This document shows positions 57,601 through 64,000 of a DNA stretch of 64,000 nucleotides, piece by piece. The notes below the pieces were generated by a model. That model saw only the letters and a program-made list of their open reading frames with translations, had not been told where the DNA came from and searched no databases. This DNA is from the human T2T-CHM13v2.0 reference genome, Homo sapiens: the NCBI RefSeq assembly GCF_009914755.1, contig NC_060940.1. One strand, given 5' to 3'. A program made the translations under genes and the position numbers. Numbering within the stretch: position 1 is the stretch's first letter; the number at the start of each line of letters is the position of its first letter.

Positions 57601-59847
57601 TCGATGATTTCATTCGAGTCCATTCGACACTTCCAATCGATTCCATTTGATGTTTCCATTCGATTCCAATTGATGATTCCATTCAATTCCATTCGATGAT
57701 GATTCCGTACGATTCCATTCTGTGATGATTCCATGTGATTGCATTCAATGATGATTCCTTTCGATTGCATTCGATTATGATTCATTTCGTGTTCATTCTA
57801 TGGTTCCACAGGTTTCCATTCGATGATGTTTCCATTCGTGTCCATTCCATTATTCCATTCTATTCCATTTGAAGATGATTCCATTCGATTCCATTCATTG
57901 GTGATTCCACTCAATTCCATTCAATGATTCCATTCCATTTCTTTCAACAATGATTCCATTAGTTTCTATTCGATGATCCACTTGATTCCATTTGACGATG
58001 ATTCCATTCGTGTCCATTCGATGATTCCATTTGATTCCATATGATGATGATTCCATTCGATTCCATACGATGATGATTCCATTCGAGTCCATTCAATGGT
58101 GATTCCATTCAATTCCATTCGATGATTCCTTTCGATTCCATTCAATGATGATGGCATTCGATTCCTTTCGATCATTCCCTTTGATTCCATTCAAAGGTGA
58201 TTTCATTCAAGTCCATTCGATAATTGCATTCGATTCCATTCTATGATGATTCCATTCGAGTCCATTTGATGATTCCATTCAATTCAAGTCAATGATGATT
58301 CCATTCGATTCCACTCGATGATTCCATTGGATTCCATTCGATGATGATTCCATTCAAATCCATTCGATAATTCAATTCAAGTCCATTCGATGATGATTCC
58401 AATCGAATCCATTCAAAGATTCCACTCAATTCCATTCGATGATGATTCCCTTAGATTCCATTCGATGATTCCACTTGATTCCATTTACGATGATTCCATT
58501 CGATTCCATGTGATGATTCCATTCAATTCTATTCAATGATGTTTCCACTTGATTCCATTCGAACATGATTGCCTTTGATTCCATTCAATGATTCCATACG
58601 GTTCCATTTGATGATGATTCCATTCGAGTCCATTCGATGATTCCATTAGAGTACATTTAATGATTGCTTTGTTTTCAATTCGAAGATGATTACATTGGAT
58701 TCCATTCTATGATACCATTCGATTCCATTCAAAGATGATTCCACTCAAATCCATTGGATGATTCCATTCGTGTCCATTCGGTGATTTCATTAGATTCCAT
58801 TCGAGGATGATTCCATTCGATTCCATTCGATGATTCCATTCAATTCCATTCGATGATGATTCCATTCCAGTCCATATGATCATTCCATTTGATTTCATTC
58901 GATGATGATTCCATTCGATTCCATTCGATGATTCCATTCAATTCCATTCTCCGATGATTTCTTTTGAGCCCATTCAATGCTTCCACTCGATTCCATATGA
59001 TGATGACTCCATTTGATGAAATTCCATGATGATTCCATTCGCTTGCATTCGATGATGATTCCACTTGAGTCCGTTAGAAGATTCTATTCAATTACATTCC
59101 ATGACGATTCTGTTCGAGTCCATTTGATGATTCCATTAGACTCCATTCGACGATGATTCCATTCGATGTTATTCGATGATGATTCCATTCAAGTCCATTC
59201 GATGTTTCCATTCGAGTTCATTCTATTATTCCATTAGATTCCATTCGATGATGATTCCATTCGATTCCATTTGATGATTGCATTCTATTTCATTTGATGA
59301 TGATTCCATTCGAGTCCATTCGATGATTCCATTCGAGTCCCTTTAATGAATCCATTGGTTTCAATTCTATGATGATTACATTGGATTCCATACGTTGATG
59401 ATTTCATTCGATTCCATTCAATGATGATTCCATTCAATTCCATTCAATGATTCCATTCAATTCCATACGATGATGATTCCATTTGATTTGATTCGACAGT
59501 GAGCCATTCGATTCAATTCCATGATGATTCTATTTGATTCAATTGGTTGACATTTCCATTCTATTCCATTCGATGATGATTCCATTTGATTCCATTCAAA
59601 GATGATTCCATTCTAGCCCATTCAATCATTCCATTCGATTCTATTCAATGATGATTCCATTCATGTCGATTTGGTGATTCCATTTGACTTCATTTGATGA
59701 TGATTCCTTTCAAGTTCATTAGATGATTCCATTCGATTCCATTTGATGATGATCCCATTCGAGTCCATTCAGTGATTCCACTCGTTTCCATTCCATGATG
59801 ATTCCATTCCATTCCATTCAATGATTCCATTCGATTCCGTTTGATGA
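50654..59847 (+). repeat. 'Outer' rearranged HSat2 block, copy 2
   Basis: It has the same junction order and diagnostic SNPs as 1-9220 (e.g. ccaccggatt, attatcccctt, ccttgcaat). Confidence 0.9.
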
Positions 59848-62800
59848 TGATTTCATTCGAGTCCATTTGATGATTCCATTTGATTCCATTCGATGATGAT
59901 TACATTCGAGTCCATACGATGATTCCACTCAATTCCATATGATGATGATTCCATTCGATTCCATTCGATGATTCCATTCTATTCTATTCAATGGTGATTC
60001 CCTTCGAGTACATTAGATGATTCCATTCGATTCCATTCAATGATGATTCTATTTGTGTCCCTTAGATGGTTCCACATGATTCCATTTCATGATGATACTA
60101 TTTGAGCCCATCCAATGATTCCCTTCGATTCCATTCGATGAGGATTCCATTCGATTCAATTCATTGGTGATTCTATTCAATTCAATTCTTTGATTCCATT
60201 CCATTCCATTCGACAATGATTCCATTCGATTTCTTTCGATGATTCCACTCGATTCCACTTGACATTGATTCCCTTCGATTCCATTCAATGATTCCATTTG
60301 ATTCCAGTGGATGATGATTGCCATCGATTCCATTCGATCACTCCATTCTATTCCATTTGATGATGATTACATTCGATTCCATTTGACGATTCCATGTGAT
60401 TCCATTCGATGATTCCATTTGATTCCATTCGATAATGATTACATCCGAGTCCATTCGATGATTCCATTTGAGCCCGTTCGATAATTCCATTTGAGTCCAA
60501 TCAATGATTCCATTCATTTCCATTCAATGATTCCATTCGAGTCCATTTGATCATTCTGGTAGGGTCCGTTCGATGATGATTCCATTGGAGTGCATTCCAT
60601 AATTCCATTCGAGTCCATTTTATGATTTGATTCGAGTCCTTTCGATGATTCCATTCGATTCCACTCGATGATGATTTCATTCGAGTCCATTCGACACTTC
60701 CAATCGATTCCATTTGATGTTTCCATTCGAGTCCAATTGATGATTCCATTCAATTCCATTCGATGATGATTCCGTACGATTCCATTCTGTGATGATTCCA
60801 TGTGATTGCATTCAATGATGATTCCTTTCGATTGCATTCGATTATGATTCATTTCGTGTTCATTCTATGGTTCCACAGGTTTCCATTCGATGACGTTTCC
60901 GTTCGTGTCCATTCCATTATTCCATTCTATTTCATTTGATGATGATTCCATTCGATTCCATTCATTGGTGATTCCACTCAATTCCATTCAATGATTCCAT
61001 TCCATTTCTTTCAACAATGATTCCATTAGTTTCTATTCGACGATCCACTTGATTCCATTTGGCGATGATTCCATTCGTGTCCATTCGATGATTCCATTTG
61101 ATTCCATATGATGATGATTCCATTCGATTCCATACCATGATGATTCCATTCGAGTCCATTCAATGGTGATTCCATTCAATTCCATTCGATGATTCCTTCC
61201 GATTCCATTCGATGATGATAGCATTCGATTCCTTTCAATCATTCCCTTTGATTCCATTCAAAGGTGATTTCATTCAAGTCCATTCGATAATTGCATTCGA
61301 TTCCATTCTATGATGATTCCATTCGAGTCCATTTGATGATTCCATTCAATTCAAGTCAATGATGATTCCATTCAATTCCACTCGATGATTCCAGTGGATT
61401 CCATTCGATGATGATTCCATTCAAATCCATTCGATAATTCAATTCAAGTCCATTCGATGATGATTCCAATCGAATCCATTCAAAGATTCCATTCAATTCC
61501 ATTCGATGATGATTCCCTTAGATTCCATTCGATGATTCCACTTGATTCCATTTACGATGATTCCATTCGATTCCATGTGATGAATCCATTCAATTCTATT
61601 CAATGATGTTTCCATTTGATTCCATTGGACCATGATTGCCTTTGATTCCATTCAATGATTCCATTCGGTTCCATTTGATGATGATTTCGTTCGATTCCAT
61701 TTCATTATTCCATTTGATTCCATTGGATGAGTCCATTCGATTACATTCGATGATTATTCCATTCGAGTGCATTAGATGATTGCATTCGAGTCCATTCGAT
61801 GATTCCATTCGATTCCATTCGATGTTGATTCTGTTCAAATCCATTCGATGATTCCACTCGATTCCAATCGATGACTCCATTTGATCCCATTCGATGATTT
61901 CCTGTGATTCCCTTTGATGATCATTCTATTTGATTCAATTCGGTGATTTCATTTCATTCCATTCAGTGATGTTTCCATTCGACTGTATTCGATGATGATT
62001 CCATTCGACTCCATTCGATTATGATTTCATTCAATTCCATTCAATAATGATTCCCTTCGAGTCCATTCGATGATTCCATTCGATTCCATTCAACGATGAT
62101 TTGATTCGTTTCCATTCGATGATTCCATTTGATTCCACTTGATGATGATTCCATTCGAGTCCATTTGATGATTCCATTCGAGTCTATTTATGTATTATAT
62201 TCGTGTCCACTTCATGATTCCATTCAATTCCATTTAATGTTGATTCCATTTGATTCCATTTGATGATTCAGTTCGATTCCTTGCAATGATTCCCTACGAT
62301 TCCTTTCTCTGATGATTCCATTCGATTCCATTCATTGATGATTTCATTCGACTCCATTCGATGATGATTCCTTTCGATTCCATTTGACGATGTTTCCATT
62401 CGAGTCCATTCGATGATGATTCTATTCAATTCTGTTCTATTATGATTCCATTCGATTTCATTCAATGCTTCTATTTGATTCCATTCGATGATGATTCCAT
62501 CTCTTTCCCTTCGATGATTCCATTTGATTCCATTCAGTGATGATTCCATTTGATTCCATCTGATGATGATTTCACTTGATTCCTTTCAATGATGATTCAA
62601 TTCAAGTCCATTCGATGATTCCATTGGAGTCCAAACGATCATTCCGTTCGATTCCATTCAATGGTGATTCCATTCATGTCCATTCGATGAATCCATTCAA
62701 TTCCATTCGATGATGACTCCATTCGAGTACATTCGATGATTCCATTTGATTCCATTTGAAGATGATTCCATTCAATTCCATTCGAAGATGATTCCATTCA

Positions 62801-64000
62801 ATTCCATTCGATGATGATTCCGTATGAATCCATTCTCTGATTATTCCATTCGATTCCATTCATTGACGATTCCATTCAATTCCATTCAATGATGATTCTC
62901 TTCTCTTCCATTCGATGATTCCGGTCGATTCCATTCGATGATGATTCCATTAGATTCCATTCGATTGTTGCATTCGATTCCCTTCGATGATGATTCCTTT
63001 GAATTCCATTCGATTATCATTCCGTATGAATCCATTTGATGATTATTCCATTGGATTCCTTTCGATGATGATTCCATTCGATTCCATTTGATGATGTTTC
63101 TCTTGTATTCCATTGGATAATTCCTTTCCGTTCCCTTCGATGATTATTCTTTCGAGTCAATTCGATGATTCTATTCCATTCCCTTCGATGATGATTCCAT
63201 TTCACTCCATTTGATGATTCCATTCGACTCAATTTGGTGATGATTCAATTCGATGACATTCGATGACTCCATTCAATTTCATTTGATGATGATTACATTC
63301 GAGTCCATTTGATGATTGTATTCCTTTCCTTTTGATGATTATTCCATTCGTGTCTATTCAAAGGTTCCATTCTATTCCATTCAATGATGATTGCATTTGA
63401 TTCCATTCAATGATTATGGCTATCGATTCCACTCGTTGATTCCATTTGATTCCGTTCGATGATTATTCCGTTAGATTCCATTAGAAGATTCCATTCGATT
63501 TTATTCAATGATTCCAATGGATTCCATTCAATGATGATTCCATTCGACTCCATTCAGTGATTCCATTCGAGTCCATTTGATGATTCCATTCTTTTCCATT
63601 TGATGATGATTCCATTAGGGTCCATTCAATGATTCCATTCGAGTCCATTCGTTAATGCCTTTCGAGTCCTTTTGATCACTACATTCGAGTCCATTCAATG
63701 ATTCTATTCGATTCCATTCCATGATGATTCCATTCGAGTTCATTCGATGATTGCATTCGAGTCCATTTGATGATTCCATATGATTCCATTCGACAATGAT
63801 TCCATTCGTGTCCATTTGATGATTCCATTCATTTCCTATCGATGAAGATTCCATTCAAGTGTATTCGATGATTCCATTCAAATCCATTCGATGATGATTC
63901 CATTCCAGTCCATTCGATCATTCCACTTGATTCCATTTGATGACTATTCCATTCAAATCCATTTGATGATTCCATTCGATTCCATTCGATGTTACCATTC
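53207..64000 (+). repeat. 7,194-bp tandem period (one full unit 53207-60400, partial second unit 60401-64000)
   Basis: Pseudo-ORF offsets of 7,194: 53307/60501, 53768/60962, 54402/61596, 55074/62268, 55692/62886, 56421/63615. The junction is at about 60400. Confidence 0.9.

Larger units (their letters stand above)
1..64000 (+). repeat. Satellite II (HSATII/HSat2) pericentromeric-type tandem array, CATTC strand on +, no inversion
   Basis: Continuous diverged ATTCCATTCG / ATGATG units forming 23- and 26-bp monomers (e.g. GATGATTCCATTCGAGTCCATTC), with dense TCGA and GANTC sites. The CATTCGATTC plus GATGAT composition distinguishes HSat2 from pure (CATTC)n HSat3. No GGAAT-strand block was seen. 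Confidence 0.97.

Noticed and set aside
9221-60400. All periods being multiples of the classical ~1.8-kb HSat2 unit (3,632 ~ 2x, 7,194 ~ 4x, 9,028 ~ 5x, 12,660 ~ 7x, 50,653 ~ 28x)
   Set aside because: The numbers are tempting, but marker motifs inside the unit do not recur at ~1.8-kb spacing (paralog offsets of 715-816, ~5,640 and ~9,865, in permuted order), and 4,156, 9,895 and 11,806 do not fit. I treat it as coincidence unless autocorrelation shows a 1.8-kb peak.
1-64000. CRISPR-like array of 23-26-bp repeats
   Set aside because: There are no unique spacers, no leader and no cas genes; the monomers are contiguous and degenerate.
1-64000. Embedded Alu, L1, alpha satellite, CENP-B boxes or strand inversions
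   Set aside because: No poly(A) tail, GC-rich segment, alphoid sequence or GGAAT-oriented block was seen anywhere on reading.
1-64000. Assignment to a specific chromosome, species or HSat2A/2B subfamily
   Set aside because: This needs k-mer or alignment comparison with reference assemblies and cannot be supported by eye.

Overview
The whole 64-kb window is one uninterrupted, single-orientation array of primate/human Satellite II (HSATII/HSat2). It is built from diverged CATTC-derived 23-bp (GATGATTCCATTCGATTCCATTC) and 26-bp (GATGATGATTCCATTCGATTCCATTC) monomers, with the CATTC strand on +. I found no genes, RNA genes, transposons or CRISPR arrays. All ORFs in the track (all on the minus strand, 'MESNGIIEWN'-like) are translation artefacts of the satellite. 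What is interesting is the nested architecture, read from unique marker motifs and ORF-coordinate offsets. (i) A very homogeneous 12,660-bp higher-order unit is present about 3.2 times (9.2-48.8 kb); it carries an internal 836/840-bp tandem duplication that has collapsed to a chimeric single copy in the third unit. (ii) A flanking 'outer' variant is a scrambled mosaic of the same modules and recurs 50,653/50,627 bp later. (iii) There are further periods of 7,194, 4,156 and 3,632 bp. (iv) Recombination, gene-conversion and end-joining scars can be read at base level, and several DUX4-consensus sites are present. I do not see a new gene-encoded system. Species, chromosome and HSat2 subfamily cannot be assigned by eye, and boundaries are approximate to within a few tens of bp because the junctions lie in repeat microhomology.
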